Position numbers and translations under genes: made by a program. A DNA stretch of 64,000 nt from Candidatus Actinomarina sp. (lineage in GTDB: Bacteria > Actinomycetota > Acidimicrobiia > Actinomarinales > Actinomarinaceae), in contig JAYQJM010000005.1 of the NCBI GenBank assembly GCA_038142145.1, positions 515,816 through 579,815 of the forward strand, in the 5' to 3' direction. Under the pieces are notes generated by a model that saw only the letters and a program-made list of their open reading frames with translations, ran no database searches and was not told the origin of the DNA. Below, piece by piece: positions 35,893-46,364 of the stretch. The first letter of the stretch is position 1, and each line of letters opens with the position of its first letter.

Positions 35893-36770
35893 ATAAATAC
35901 TTTATCTGGTTTAAAAAAATCTTCCGAAAATGGTTCATAAATAGCAACTAAATTGTTTTCGAAACTAATTGCAAACTTTTCTCTACTAGAAAACTCACTT
36001 GAGTCTATTAAATTACCATTACGTATATTTCCTATTTGATTGTCTTTAACTTTTAATTCTTTTAAACCAATAATTTCACTCCAATGTATTGACTCTATAA
36101 ATGTATCAAATTTTAAAGCTTCGACGTTTGAAATTAATCTAGAATCTTCAGAGCTAAGAGAACCAATGTTGATTCTTTTTAAATTATTTACAATGGCTGT
36201 TGTATTAATGAATTCACCAAGTTCACGGACTATTGATCTAATATAAGTTCCTTTACTGACTTTTATATCAAATGTTACGATATTTAAATTATAAGAAATA
36301 TTTTCAATATTAAAAATTTCGATATCTCTCATGGGAATATCCACATCTTTATTTTGTCGCGCATACTTGTATAGTCGCTTTCCTTTAACTTTTACGGCTG
36401 AATACTTGGGAGGTTGTTGTTTAGATTTTCCAAGTTTAGTTTCAAAAAACACTTTAATATCATCACTGCGATCAACAGCTACTACGTCTTCTTTCTTTGT
36501 CACTTCTGACATTATGTCTAATGTTTCTGATTCAAAACCTAAAAGTGCTTCAACTCTGTAATTTTTTGTAGTGTCATCAATGTAATCAAAGAGCTTTGTG
36601 TATTTGTTGGTGGCTAACAGCATTAATCCTGTAGCTAAAGGGTCTAAAGTTCCTGAATGTCCAACTTTATCAAACTTATAATTTTTTCGGAATTTAGTAC
36701 ATAAATCTTGTGAAGTCCATGTTTTAGGTTTGTCTGCTAAGTAAAAATTAGAGTTGAGTTCTAATTTCAT
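35889..36770 (-). CDS. truB: tRNA pseudouridine(55) synthase
   Basis: KVGHSGTLDPLATGLMLL contains the catalytic Asp motif, and GTYIRS is present. Confidence 0.9.
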   Translation of the reverse strand: MKLELNSNFYLADKPKTWTSQDLCTKFRKNYKFDKVGHSGTLDPLATGLMLLATNKYTKLFDYIDDTTKNYRVEALLGFESETLDIMSEVTKKEDVVAVDRSDDIKVFFETKLGKSKQQPPKYSAVKVKGKRLYKYARQNKDVDIPMRDIEIFNIENISYNLNIVTFDIKVSKGTYIRSIVRELGEFINTTAIVNNLKRINIGSLSSEDSRLISNVEALKFDTFIESIHWSEIIGLKELKVKDNQIGNIRNGNLIDSSEFSSREKFAISFENNLVAIYEPFSEDFFKPDKVFI

Positions 36771-37689
36771 TTTTTACTTGGTTAACTATTTCATCTTGAT
36801 TTAAGCTTGAAGAAAATCCCGATGCTGCCTTATGCCCTCCTCCATTAAATGAAGAAGCAACTTGTTGTACGTTAATTGAACTTCTTGATCTTAAACTTCC
36901 TTTATAAGTTCCATCTTTTTGCTCTTTAAGCAGAAGTGCAACATTAGTTCCTTCAACCAATCTTATTGAATCAATTAAAAAATCCATTTCTGATTCATCT
37001 ATTTTAAATTTCGCATAGTCTTCTTGTAAGACATAAGAACATACTAATTTTTCTTCATCATGAACATTAATTCTATTGACAACTTCACTTTCTAAATTCA
37101 TAGCATTTAAATTTTTGGTACCATAAATATTTTCTGAAATAACTGCTACTTCTGCTCCTAAATCAACAAGTGCTGCAGCTATAGATAAAACTTCGGAAGT
37201 AGTGTTTGAATATTGAAACCTACCAGTATCAGTTATTAATCCAGTCATCAAACAATTAGCTACTTCTTTAGTTATAAGGTCTTTTTCATCTACTAATTCT
37301 CTATACAACACTTGTGTAGTGCTTGCTGCATTTGAATCTATGATTTGTATATCACCAAATGTAGGGTTTATGTGGTGATCAACAACTATAACTTTGTTAC
37401 TTTCAAGGGCTACTTTTTCAACTATGCCTAAACGACTGGAAGACCCACAATCAAATACATACACTGTATCGTACTTGTCTTTAATTTCTTCATTTATAAA
37501 ATGTAAAGGTAAATGATTTAAAGTATTTGGAAATTTTGTCGTTTTATCAAAATACACATCTGATTCTATCCCTTTAGATTGAAAAATTAATTTAAGTGCT
37601 AATGCTGAACCTAAAGCGTCGCCATCTGGATTGATATGTCCAGTAATTAAAATACTTTCATCTTTTAAATGGTCAATTAACTCACTCAT
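36748..37689 (-). CDS. nrnA: DHH-family phosphoesterase (NrnA-like oligoribonuclease/pAp phosphatase)
   Basis: Start at ATG 37689 (MSELIDHL...). DHH motifs HINPDGDALGS, VFDCG and VVDHH, plus DHHA1 GGGHKAASG. Confidence 0.8.
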   Translation of the reverse strand: MSELIDHLKDESILITGHINPDGDALGSALALKLIFQSKGIESDVYFDKTTKFPNTLNHLPLHFINEEIKDKYDTVYVFDCGSSSRLGIVEKVALESNKVIVVDHHINPTFGDIQIIDSNAASTTQVLYRELVDEKDLITKEVANCLMTGLITDTGRFQYSNTTSEVLSIAAALVDLGAEVAVISENIYGTKNLNAMNLESEVVNRINVHDEEKLVCSYVLQEDYAKFKIDESEMDFLIDSIRLVEGTNVALLLKEQKDGTYKGSLRSRSSINVQQVASSFNGGGHKAASGFSSSLNQDEIVNQVKNEIRTQL

Positions 37690-38032
37690 CTGGATTAACC
37701 TTTTCAAGTAAATTGTTGATTCTAAATACATTATTTATTGTGTTATCAATTTCAAATATTATTTTTGGAACATTCTTAGTTGTCATTTCTTGACTGAGAA
37801 CCTTTTGAATTTTTGTTCTATTTTTCTCAAGTGAGTTTTTCAATGAGCCTTCATTTCCTTCCATGGTTGAAACAAATACTAGACACTTTTTTAGATCAGG
37901 AGATGTTGAAACATGCGTAACAGTTGCTTTATTTAATATTGGATCTGAATTTTTTATTAAAGCTTTTGAAATTATTTGGTGAACCAATGGATTTATTCTG
38001 TTGATTCTTCCGCCTCTTGATTGGTTACTCAT
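37682..38032 (-). CDS. rbfA: Ribosome-binding factor A
   Basis: 116 aa. RINPLVHQIISKAL...VTHVSTSPDLKKCLVFVS is typical RbfA. Confidence 0.9.
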   Translation of the reverse strand: MSNQSRGGRINRINPLVHQIISKALIKNSDPILNKATVTHVSTSPDLKKCLVFVSTMEGNEGSLKNSLEKNRTKIQKVLSQEMTTKNVPKIIFEIDNTINNVFRINNLLEKVNPDE

Positions 38033-38038
38033 ATATTT

Positions 38039-40054
38039 CTATACTTCGACTTCACCAAGTATTTCTATAGTATCGCCTTCTTTAATATCTTTATAATCAG
38101 ATAAACCAATACCGCACTCAAGTCCTTCATTAACTACTTCAACACTATCTTTGAATCTTCTTAGTGAAACAACAGTTCCTTCATAAATCACTACACCGCC
38201 TCTAAGAAGTCTTGCTTTTGCATCCAATTCAACTTTACCCTCTGTAACAATTGACCCAGCAACCACACCAACCTTAGGAGCTCTAAAGGTTGTTTTGACT
38301 TCAACCATTCCAATTATCGCCTCTTCAGTCTTAATTGTCATTTGTCCAAGAACTGCTTCGGTAACATCGTCTAAAAGTTCATAAATTATTTGATAAGTTC
38401 TTACATCAATACCTTTACTTTGTGCCATATTTCTAGACTGACTATCTGGTCTTACATTAAACCCAATTACTATAGACTCAGTAGCACTTGCTAAGTCAAT
38501 GTCGGATAAAACTATACCTCCAACAGCAGCATGTACAATTTGAATATTTACATCATCTGTTGCAAGTTTGTTGATTCCGTCACGAATAGCTTCAACAGAA
38601 CCATTTGTATCAGCTTTTAAAATAATATTTACAGTATTGAGTTCACCTTCTTGGAGTAATTTCATCATATCCGACATTCTTGATTCAACTGAAAAATTTG
38701 AATTGTCATGGTCTTTAAGTTTATTTTTGTTTTCTTCTGCTTTTGCCTTAGCTTCTTTTTGATTTTTTACAGCAACAAATTGGTCACCAGCAGTTGGAGA
38801 TTCATCCCACCCAATTAAATCAATTGGAGAACCTGGTACAACTTCTTTTTGTGTTTTGTTATTGTGATCAAACATTGATTTTATTCTGCAAAATGCTTGT
38901 CCAGCATACAAAAAGTCACCTTGTTTCAATGTTCCCCTTGTCACAATAACAGTTGCAACATTGCCCCTTCCCACTTCCATTCTGGACTCGACTATATATC
39001 CTGATGCTTGTGTGTTGTAATTAGCTTTTAACTCTTCTATTTCAGCAACAAGTGATAGTGTTTCTAAAAGATCATCTATACCTGTTCCATTTATTGCTGA
39101 GACTTCAACAATTGGTATATCTCCACCTAAATCTTCAGCGATTACATCATATTTAGTTAGCTCAGCTTTTATCATCGACGGGTTTGCTTCAGGTAAATCA
39201 CATTTATTTATAGCAACGACAATAGGCACTTTAGCTGCTTTAGAGTGATTTATAGCTTCTATTGTTTGAGGCATCACACCATCATCAGCTGCTACAACAA
39301 GAACCACTATATCAGTAACATTAGCTCCTCTTGCTCTCATTTGAGTAAAAGCCTCATGACCAGGAGTGTCTATAAAAGTAATTCCTGTTTCACCAGACTC
39401 AACTTTGTATGCACCAACATGTTGCGTAATTCCCCCAGCTTCACCATCAGCTACTTTTTCATTCCTTATATAGTCAAGCAAACTTGTTTTTCCGTGGTCA
39501 ACATGACCCATAACTGTAATGATCGGTGCTCTAAGTTTTAGATCTTTTTCATCATCTTCAAAAGACTCTACATCAATTACATCTTCTCTTGAGACACTAA
39601 CTTCTTCTTGAATATCCGCAATTAAATTATATTTTTCAAATAGTGACTCAATCTCAGAATCCGTCAGAGGAGAATCCATGCCTTTCATGACACCAATCCC
39701 CATTAAGTCAGCAACTATTTCTGTTGCGTCTTTTTCGATTAAATCAGCAATTTTACTTGGAGAAGAATTTTGAAATACTTCTACTATTTGTACATCTTCT
39801 TCGAGTTCTTCTTCCTTAGGTTGAGCTACTTCATCCAGCTCATCATCAGATTCCAATTCTTCTACAGATGTTTCAGGAGTGTCTTCTATTACTTCTTCTG
39901 GTTGAAAAGCTAACTTTACTAACTCTTCTTCTTCCTCAGTTAACCCACTAGAAGCAGTCTTAACTTCCAAGCCTAATTCTTTAGCTTGGAATAAGACATC
40001 TGCTGAAGCTACATCTAATTCTTTAGCGATTTGATGGATTCGCTTTTTCGCCAT
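38039..40054 (-). CDS. infB: Translation initiation factor IF-2
   Basis: G-domain MGHVDHGKTSLLD, DTPGHEAF and NKCD, with a short acidic N-terminal region. Confidence 0.97.
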   Translation of the reverse strand: MAKKRIHQIAKELDVASADVLFQAKELGLEVKTASSGLTEEEEELVKLAFQPEEVIEDTPETSVEELESDDELDEVAQPKEEELEEDVQIVEVFQNSSPSKIADLIEKDATEIVADLMGIGVMKGMDSPLTDSEIESLFEKYNLIADIQEEVSVSREDVIDVESFEDDEKDLKLRAPIITVMGHVDHGKTSLLDYIRNEKVADGEAGGITQHVGAYKVESGETGITFIDTPGHEAFTQMRARGANVTDIVVLVVAADDGVMPQTIEAINHSKAAKVPIVVAINKCDLPEANPSMIKAELTKYDVIAEDLGGDIPIVEVSAINGTGIDDLLETLSLVAEIEELKANYNTQASGYIVESRMEVGRGNVATVIVTRGTLKQGDFLYAGQAFCRIKSMFDHNNKTQKEVVPGSPIDLIGWDESPTAGDQFVAVKNQKEAKAKAEENKNKLKDHDNSNFSVESRMSDMMKLLQEGELNTVNIILKADTNGSVEAIRDGINKLATDDVNIQIVHAAVGGIVLSDIDLASATESIVIGFNVRPDSQSRNMAQSKGIDVRTYQIIYELLDDVTEAVLGQMTIKTEEAIIGMVEVKTTFRAPKVGVVAGSIVTEGKVELDAKARLLRGGVVIYEGTVVSLRRFKDSVEVVNEGLECGIGLSDYKDIKEGDTIEILGEVEV

Positions 40055-41092
40055 TTATTCTTCCTCTTTAGATGGGCTTTCATCTTCTTGAACCACTTCT
40101 TCTTCCTGTGGCGAATCTCCCAGTCCTTCAATATCTATTTTATAACCAGTCAATTTTGCAGCTAAACGAGCGTTTTGCCCTTCTTTTCCTATTGCTAATG
40201 AAAGTTGGCTATCTTTAACTACTACTCTTGCAGTTTTTAGATATTCATCAATTTCAACTTCATCAATATCAGCTGGTCCTAGAGCTTCTTTAATAAATCT
40301 TACTTTGTCTTCTCTCCATTCAATGACATCTAGTTTTTCACCTCTTAACTCATTAACAATTTGTCTTACTCTGTTTCCTCTTGAACCAACACATGCTCCT
40401 TTTGGATCTACATTTGGATCATTGCTAAATACTGCAATCTTAGTTCTGCTTCCAGCCTCTCTTGCAATTGCTCTTAACTCAACTGTTCCATCAACTAATT
40501 CTGGTACTTCAAGTTCTAACATTTTTTGGACAAACTCAGGTCTGCTTCTGCTTACAATAATTGGAATACCTTTAGCATCTTCTCTTACTTCTGTAATGAG
40601 TGCTTTAACTCTATTTCCCCTTTCAAGCCTCTCAAATGGTACTCTTTCTCCAGATGGAATTACTGCTTCTGCGTCCTGTAAATCTAAGATTGTTTGGTTA
40701 AATCTTGGATCAAACTGAGTAACAATTCCTGTTATTAGTTGGCCTTCTCTACCAAAATATGCATCTAATACCGTAGCTCTTTTTGCGTCTCGAATTTTGG
40801 TTGTCATCATCTGTTTGAAAGACTGTGCGGCAATTCTTCCAAATTCATCCTCGTCTAGTTCTACCTTCCATTCTTCTATTACGTTTCCTTCAACATCAAG
40901 TTCTTGAGCGTAAATTAAAACTTCACCAGAATCAGGATTTAAAGTTACTCTAGCTTCTTCTGCTGCACCTGGAATACGCATATAAGCAGATCTAAAGGCA
41001 GAAACTAACGCTTCATACATGCTTTCAACCGTTACGCCTTTTTCTAAAGCCAAAGACTCAATTGCTTGTTTGCTTTCATTACCTAATTTCAT
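40055..41092 (-). CDS. nusA: Transcription termination/antitermination factor NusA
   Basis: S1 domain plus two KH domains (GACVGSRGNRVRQI, AIGKEGQNARLAAKLTG) and an acidic tail. It directly abuts the infB start. Confidence 0.97.
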   Translation of the reverse strand: MKLGNESKQAIESLALEKGVTVESMYEALVSAFRSAYMRIPGAAEEARVTLNPDSGEVLIYAQELDVEGNVIEEWKVELDEDEFGRIAAQSFKQMMTTKIRDAKRATVLDAYFGREGQLITGIVTQFDPRFNQTILDLQDAEAVIPSGERVPFERLERGNRVKALITEVREDAKGIPIIVSRSRPEFVQKMLELEVPELVDGTVELRAIAREAGSRTKIAVFSNDPNVDPKGACVGSRGNRVRQIVNELRGEKLDVIEWREDKVRFIKEALGPADIDEVEIDEYLKTARVVVKDSQLSLAIGKEGQNARLAAKLTGYKIDIEGLGDSPQEEEVVQEDESPSKEEE

Positions 41093-41095
41093 AAT

Positions 41096-41569
41096 TTAAC
41101 CTCTTACCTTTTGCTTAAATTTTTTATATTCTAATTTTGCTGATTTCACATTATTGAAATCTATACATAAAACTTCATCATTGATATTTAAAAATAAATT
41201 ATCATTTTCAATTTTTTCTAATGACCCTTCAAAAACATATTCTCCATTGATGTTTTCAGTAGTTTTTATTCTTAATAACTCACCCACTGATAGTTCAAAA
41301 TGTCTTTTGTTTTTAATTTTTCTTTCAACACCAGGACTTGATACAATCATTTCAAAAGATCCTTTTTCATATCCTAAATCTTCAAGAATTCTTTGAAATT
41401 GTCTATTGAATCTAGTTGTTGTTTCTAAATTAATATTTTCTTCAGAGTAAACAAAAGCTTCAACTTTAGAAATATTTGGATGGTTTACTACATTTAAATC
41501 ATAGAGTTCAGAACCCTCGATTTTTAGATATGAATCAAAAGATTCAAAGATTTCATCAACTGAAACCAT
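41096..41569 (-). CDS. rimP: Ribosome maturation factor RimP
   Basis: Start moved to ATG 41569 (MVSVDEIF...), preceded by GGAGGG, because the track start at 41584 abuts the proS terminator T-run. The RimP-like core is VSSPGVERKI. Confidence 0.85.
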   Translation of the reverse strand: MVSVDEIFESFDSYLKIEGSELYDLNVVNHPNISKVEAFVYSEENINLETTTRFNRQFQRILEDLGYEKGSFEMIVSSPGVERKIKNKRHFELSVGELLRIKTTENINGEYVFEGSLEKIENDNLFLNINDEVLCIDFNNVKSAKLEYKKFKQKVRG

Positions 41570-41584
41570 AATCCCTCCATTCAT

Positions 41585-41608
41585 AAAAAAAGTGGGTCAA
41601 ACCCACTT
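41585..41608 (-). terminator. Rho-independent terminator downstream of proS
   Basis: The minus strand reads AAGTGGGT-TTG-ACCCACTT followed by TTTTT, an 8-bp GC-containing stem. Confidence 0.65.
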
Positions 41609-41667
41609 CACATAGCTAAGTTGTTAAGATAATTTTAACAAATTTTGATAATTAACTAAAGAGATTT

Positions 41668-43098
41668 TTAATAAGCTTTAGAGAATATTGCCAATTTACC
41701 TTTTTGCGATGGTTCGTTTACTGAATTTTTTAATTTTTTATCATCTAACACGTAACACCGCAATGTTCCTTTGGTTAAATTCTTTACTTCATCCTCTTGT
41801 TCACTATTTTCATTCCAATAACATGAAACAAATCCCGGTTTATCATTCAAAGTTGATATTAAATCATCATAACTATCTACATGCACAGTGTTTGACTCTC
41901 TGAATTTTTGAGAACTCTCTAATAATTTATTTTGAATATCTTCAAGTTCTTTTTGTACATAATCATTTAATTCATTTAATGAAACGCTAATTTTTTCTTT
42001 CTCACCATCTCTTCTAGATACAACAACAGAATTATTTTCAATATCTCTTGGTCCTATTTCTATTCTTAATGGAACGCCCTTTAATTCCCATTCATTAAAT
42101 TTAAATCCTGGTGATAAGTTGTCCCTATCATCAACGTAAACTCTTGTATCTTCATCAAAACTTTTTTTAACATTATCGACAGATTCTAAAACCATTGATT
42201 TAAATTCTTCTTTAGGAATGATTGGAACTATTACAACTTGAATCGGTGCTAGTTTTGGAGGAAGATTAAGACCTTTATCATCTCCATGTGCCATTATTAT
42301 CATACCTATTAGACGAGTGCTAACTCCCCAACTAGTTTGATACGGATGTTGCAGTTCATTATTTTCATCAGAAAATTGAATTTCAAATGCTTTAGAGAAA
42401 TTTTGTCCTAATTCATGAGACGTTCCAGCTTGTAATGCCTTCATGTCTTTCATCATGGCTTCTATTGAATACGTTCTAGTAGCACCAGCAAATCTCTCAT
42501 TTGCAGATTTTGTACCTTTAACAACAGAAACAGCTGCAATGTTTTCAGCAAATTCAGAGTAAACATCAAGCATCTTTAAAGCTTCTTTAGTTGCTTCTTG
42601 TTCAGTTGCATGTGCAGTATGGCCCTCTTGCCATAAAAATTCAGAAGTTCTTAAAAATAATCTTGTTCTCATCTCCCATCTAACTACATTGGCCCATTGA
42701 TTAATTAACATAGGAAGATCTCTATGACTACTAATCCATTTTGAAAACATATGGTTAATAATTGTTTCAGAAGTTGGCCTTACAACAAGTGGTTCTTCTA
42801 GCTCTTTTCCGCCTGCATGAGTTACAGTTGCTAATTCAGGTGAAAAACCTTCTACATGTTCAGCTTCTTTTTGTATAAATGAATTAGGAATAAAAAGTGG
42901 AAAATAAGCATTTTGATGACCAGTTTCTTTAAATCTTTTATCAAGATAAGCTTGGACACTCTCCCAAATTGAATATCCATATGGCCTTATAACCATTGAG
43001 CCTTTAACCGGTGAATAGTCAGCTAACTGAGCTTGTTGAATGATATCTGTATACCACTCATTAAAATCCTCTGACATTGGTGTAAGCTTTTCAACCAT
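41668..43098 (-). CDS. proS: Prolyl-tRNA synthetase, short archaeal/eukaryote-like type (no INS editing domain)
   Basis: 476 aa with class II motifs (VIRPYGYSIWE, FRTSEFLWQEGHTAH, GTSHELG). There is no insertion between motifs 2 and 3, and the protein ends in the conserved C-terminal Tyr (..FSKAY). Confidence 0.9.
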   Translation of the reverse strand: MVEKLTPMSEDFNEWYTDIIQQAQLADYSPVKGSMVIRPYGYSIWESVQAYLDKRFKETGHQNAYFPLFIPNSFIQKEAEHVEGFSPELATVTHAGGKELEEPLVVRPTSETIINHMFSKWISSHRDLPMLINQWANVVRWEMRTRLFLRTSEFLWQEGHTAHATEQEATKEALKMLDVYSEFAENIAAVSVVKGTKSANERFAGATRTYSIEAMMKDMKALQAGTSHELGQNFSKAFEIQFSDENNELQHPYQTSWGVSTRLIGMIIMAHGDDKGLNLPPKLAPIQVVIVPIIPKEEFKSMVLESVDNVKKSFDEDTRVYVDDRDNLSPGFKFNEWELKGVPLRIEIGPRDIENNSVVVSRRDGEKEKISVSLNELNDYVQKELEDIQNKLLESSQKFRESNTVHVDSYDDLISTLNDKPGFVSCYWNENSEQEDEVKNLTKGTLRCYVLDDKKLKNSVNEPSQKGKLAIFSKAY

Positions 43099-43116
43099 GT
43101 TTATATATTAAAGGCT

Positions 43117-44337
43117 TTAGTCTTCTAAATCAGTCTTTGTAGTAATCTCTACAACTGACTTCGTCTTCTCTTCAAAATTATTTATATCTCCTTGAAAATC
43201 TAATAATTCTTCAACATCTTTTCTTGCAATTTCGGCAGCATCTTTATCTGCAGCAGCTAGTCTTGCCTCTATCCCTTCTTCAGCAAGTAGCTTTCCTTCT
43301 TCTAATAAGGCATCAACCATATCTTCTTCTTTAACTACTTTTACAACTTGGCCTTTAATGAACAAATGACCTCTTTTTTTACCTGCAGCAATACCTATGT
43401 CGGCTGATCTTGCTTCTCCTGGTCCATTAACAACACAACCCATAACAGCAACCTGAATGGGAAGACCTTCTTTTTCCAATGCTTCTTGTGCTTTTTTAGC
43501 AACATCAATTACATCAACCTCCGCTCTTCCACAACTAGGACAAGCAATTAAATCTAAAGAATTTCTTTCTCTTAATCCAAGATACTCTAACAACTGCCTA
43601 CCACTCTTTGCTTCTTCTACTGGATCAGCTGTTAAAGATAATCTAATTGTGTCACCTATACCATCTGTTAGAAGTGATGAAATGCCTGCAACAGATTTAA
43701 TTAACCCACCTGGCAAAGGCCCTGCTTCAGTTACGCCCAAATGAAGTGGGTATTCTACTTTTTCAGCTAAAAGCCTATAAGATTCAACCATTAAAGGTAC
43801 ATTTGAATGCTTGACAGATATTTTTATATCATGAAAATCTACTTCTTCTAAATATCTTGCTTCTAATAATGCAGATTCAACCAAGGCTTCTGGGGTTGCT
43901 TCACCATATTTTTCGAGTAAATCTTTGTCTAGAGATCCTGCATTTACTCCTATTCTTATAGGTATCCCTGCAGACAAACATTCTTTAGCTACTTGTTTGA
44001 TTTGATTTTCATTTCTTATATTTCCAGGATTAAGACGTAAACCTTGGACACCAGCTTCGATAGCAGCAAGTGCTAATTTATATTGAAAATGTATATCGGC
44101 AATTATTGGAACTGGACTTCTTGTACAAATCTTAACCAAAGACTCTGCTGCTTCAATTTCATTACAAGTTACTCTTACTATGTCTGCACCATTCGAAGCA
44201 AGTTCATATATTTGACCTAAGGTTTCATCAGTTTTTCTAGTTTTTGTAGTGGTCATAGACTGAACCGAAACAGGAAAATCAGAGCCTACACCTACATTTC
44301 CAACATGAAGTTGGGTTGTTTTTCTTCGATCTTTCAT
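43117..44337 (-). CDS. ispG: 4-hydroxy-3-methylbut-2-en-1-yl diphosphate synthase
   Basis: VQSMTTTKT, LRLNPGNI, and Fe-S Cys motifs ACPSCGR and MGCVVNGPGE. Confidence 0.95.
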   Translation of the reverse strand: MKDRRKTTQLHVGNVGVGSDFPVSVQSMTTTKTRKTDETLGQIYELASNGADIVRVTCNEIEAAESLVKICTRSPVPIIADIHFQYKLALAAIEAGVQGLRLNPGNIRNENQIKQVAKECLSAGIPIRIGVNAGSLDKDLLEKYGEATPEALVESALLEARYLEEVDFHDIKISVKHSNVPLMVESYRLLAEKVEYPLHLGVTEAGPLPGGLIKSVAGISSLLTDGIGDTIRLSLTADPVEEAKSGRQLLEYLGLRERNSLDLIACPSCGRAEVDVIDVAKKAQEALEKEGLPIQVAVMGCVVNGPGEARSADIGIAAGKKRGHLFIKGQVVKVVKEEDMVDALLEEGKLLAEEGIEARLAAADKDAAEIARKDVEELLDFQGDINNFEEKTKSVVEITTKTDLED

Positions 44338-45437
44338 AATCTTATAGGTTGAGTAATGTCTAAATAAAATGCAGTAACACCTAAAAATATAAAAATAAAT
44401 ACTACAAAAGCAGCAACTGGATAAAGTTTTCTATCAGAAACCTTTCTCCCTGTTATGCCTTCTATCAACGCTAAAACAATTCTCCCTCCATCTAGAGGAA
44501 TAAGAGGAATTGAATTAAATACAGCTAAAAATATGTTTACAAACGCCAAGAGGCTGAAAAGATTTACATACCCACCTTCAGCAATTTGGCTTCCAGCTTG
44601 AGCTAAACCTACAGGACTTAACGGTCTTACTTCATCAGGAACTTCTTGTCCTGTATAGGTGCCTAGTAAAGTTTGAATATTTTGGGGACTAAACAAAGTA
44701 AAAATTCCGTCTACTGCAGCTAGTGTCATGTCAATTTCAATCAAAGTTGTTGAGATTACTGCTTCGAAAGGATTTAATCTTTGAAGTTCTACTGTTGGAG
44801 ACACTCCTAAATAGCCACTAGTAGTATTTCCAACTAATCTTTCTTCAAGAACTGTAGTTGTTAAATACAATTGACCATTTCTTAAATATCCTATTGAAAC
44901 CTCGTTATTACCATTTATTTGAATTTGGCTAACTAGCTCTTCCCAGGATTCAACTTCTTGACCATTAAATGTTTTAATAATATCGCCTTCTTGTAAACCA
45001 GCTTTTTGTGATGGTGAATCATATATAGCATCTACTGATGAATCACCAATTGAACTAATTTGTAATGTAGGTTGTTCAACTCCATGAAAAACAAATATTG
45101 AAAACAAAATTATCCATGCAATAGCAAAATTAATTAAAATACCTGATGAAGCTATGTAAAGTTTTTGGGTCCATTTTGCATTATGAAAAAGTTCATCTTG
45201 GTTATAACCTTCAGCTTCATCATTTTCATCCATTCCAGGAATTTTTACATAACCTCCTAAAAGAAGAGCTTTAAGACCATATTCTGTCTTATTTCTTTTG
45301 AATGAAAACAATCGAGGTCCAAATCCAACAAAAAATTCAGAAACAGCTACTTTAGATCTCTTTGCGGATACATAGTGTCCAAGTTCGTGTAAGACAACAA
45401 ATAAAGTCAGCAATACTATTGTGAGTATTCCATTCAT
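44334..45437 (-). CDS. M50 site-2 protease (RseP/Rip1-like) with PDZ domain
   Basis: HELGHY zinc motif, a PDZ-like segment (GLQEGDIIKTFNG) and the C-terminal NxxPxxxLDGG motif (NSIPLIPLDGG). Confidence 0.85.
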   Translation of the reverse strand: MNGILTIVLLTLFVVLHELGHYVSAKRSKVAVSEFFVGFGPRLFSFKRNKTEYGLKALLLGGYVKIPGMDENDEAEGYNQDELFHNAKWTQKLYIASSGILINFAIAWIILFSIFVFHGVEQPTLQISSIGDSSVDAIYDSPSQKAGLQEGDIIKTFNGQEVESWEELVSQIQINGNNEVSIGYLRNGQLYLTTTVLEERLVGNTTSGYLGVSPTVELQRLNPFEAVISTTLIEIDMTLAAVDGIFTLFSPQNIQTLLGTYTGQEVPDEVRPLSPVGLAQAGSQIAEGGYVNLFSLLAFVNIFLAVFNSIPLIPLDGGRIVLALIEGITGRKVSDRKLYPVAAFVVFIFIFLGVTAFYLDITQPIRL

Positions 45438-45455
45438 ACTTAATTATTACACTTT

Positions 45456-46364
45456 TTAAATTAAATCTAAAAACTCAATTACAAAGACTAGCAATGGGAA
45501 ACTTATTAACTGTGAGTCTATCCTATCAAGTACTCCTCCATGTCCTGGAAGAAGGGAACTGGAATCCTTTATTTCGACTGATCTTTTAATTCTGGATTCA
45601 AATAAGTCACCAATCGTACCAAATGATATAAAAATCAATGCAACAATAATTGATAGTGTTATGGAAATATCAAAATAACTATTTAATACAAAAGTCATAG
45701 AGATGCTACCAGCCAATAAGCCCATAAGAAATCCTTCAATAGTTTTATTTGGAGATATCGATTCAGCAAGTTTTCTTTTACCAAATCGTCTACCAAATTC
45801 GTATGCGGCAATGTCAGATAAAGAGATTGATATAAGAGCAAGAAGTGTAAAAGTCGGAGAAATATTGCTTAAAGTATATCCAATACATGCCAAACCCATA
45901 CCAAACCAAATTAGGAACAAAAAAGAAGAACCAAATTTATCGTATATTCCATAAGAAATAAATATTCCCGTATAAACGATTACTCCTATAGGAAATATGA
46001 AAAGCGGTATGTGGAGATTATCTAGTCCATAAAAAAAAGTTATTATTAATGGAGTAAGTGCTGCATAAATTAATAGCGGATATGGTATTACAATCCCGTA
46101 TTCAAAAATATCAAACCACTCCTTCGATGCAATAAGTCCAACAACTACTAATAAAATAAATGCAGAGTTTTTGTTTAAGAAAAACAAAACAACTAGTAAT
46201 AACAATCCAAGACCTGTATAAACTCTAGGATTAGATGAAAAGTTAGTATTTAGATTTTCTTCAGAATCATCATTTTGGTTTTCCTCTGGAATCTCTATGT
46301 ACCCAGGCCAAAAAGTACCTTCATTGTCTGACTGTTGTTTGTGATTAAACCTCAAGTAATTCAT
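45456..46364 (-). CDS. cdsA: Phosphatidate cytidylyltransferase
   Basis: Multi-TM protein with the C-terminal signature SRIKRSVEIKDSSSLLPGHGGVLDRIDS. Confidence 0.85.
   Translation of the reverse strand: MNYLRFNHKQQSDNEGTFWPGYIEIPEENQNDDSEENLNTNFSSNPRVYTGLGLLLLVVLFFLNKNSAFILLVVVGLIASKEWFDIFEYGIVIPYPLLIYAALTPLIITFFYGLDNLHIPLFIFPIGVIVYTGIFISYGIYDKFGSSFLFLIWFGMGLACIGYTLSNISPTFTLLALISISLSDIAAYEFGRRFGKRKLAESISPNKTIEGFLMGLLAGSISMTFVLNSYFDISITLSIIVALIFISFGTIGDLFESRIKRSVEIKDSSSLLPGHGGVLDRIDSQLISFPLLVFVIEFLDLI

Noticed and set aside
41570-41584. The upstream ATG (MNGGI...) as the rimP start.
   Set aside because: The codon directly abuts the T-run of the proS terminator, leaving no room for an RBS. 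The encoded GGAGGG instead serves well as the Shine-Dalgarno for the ATG at 41569.
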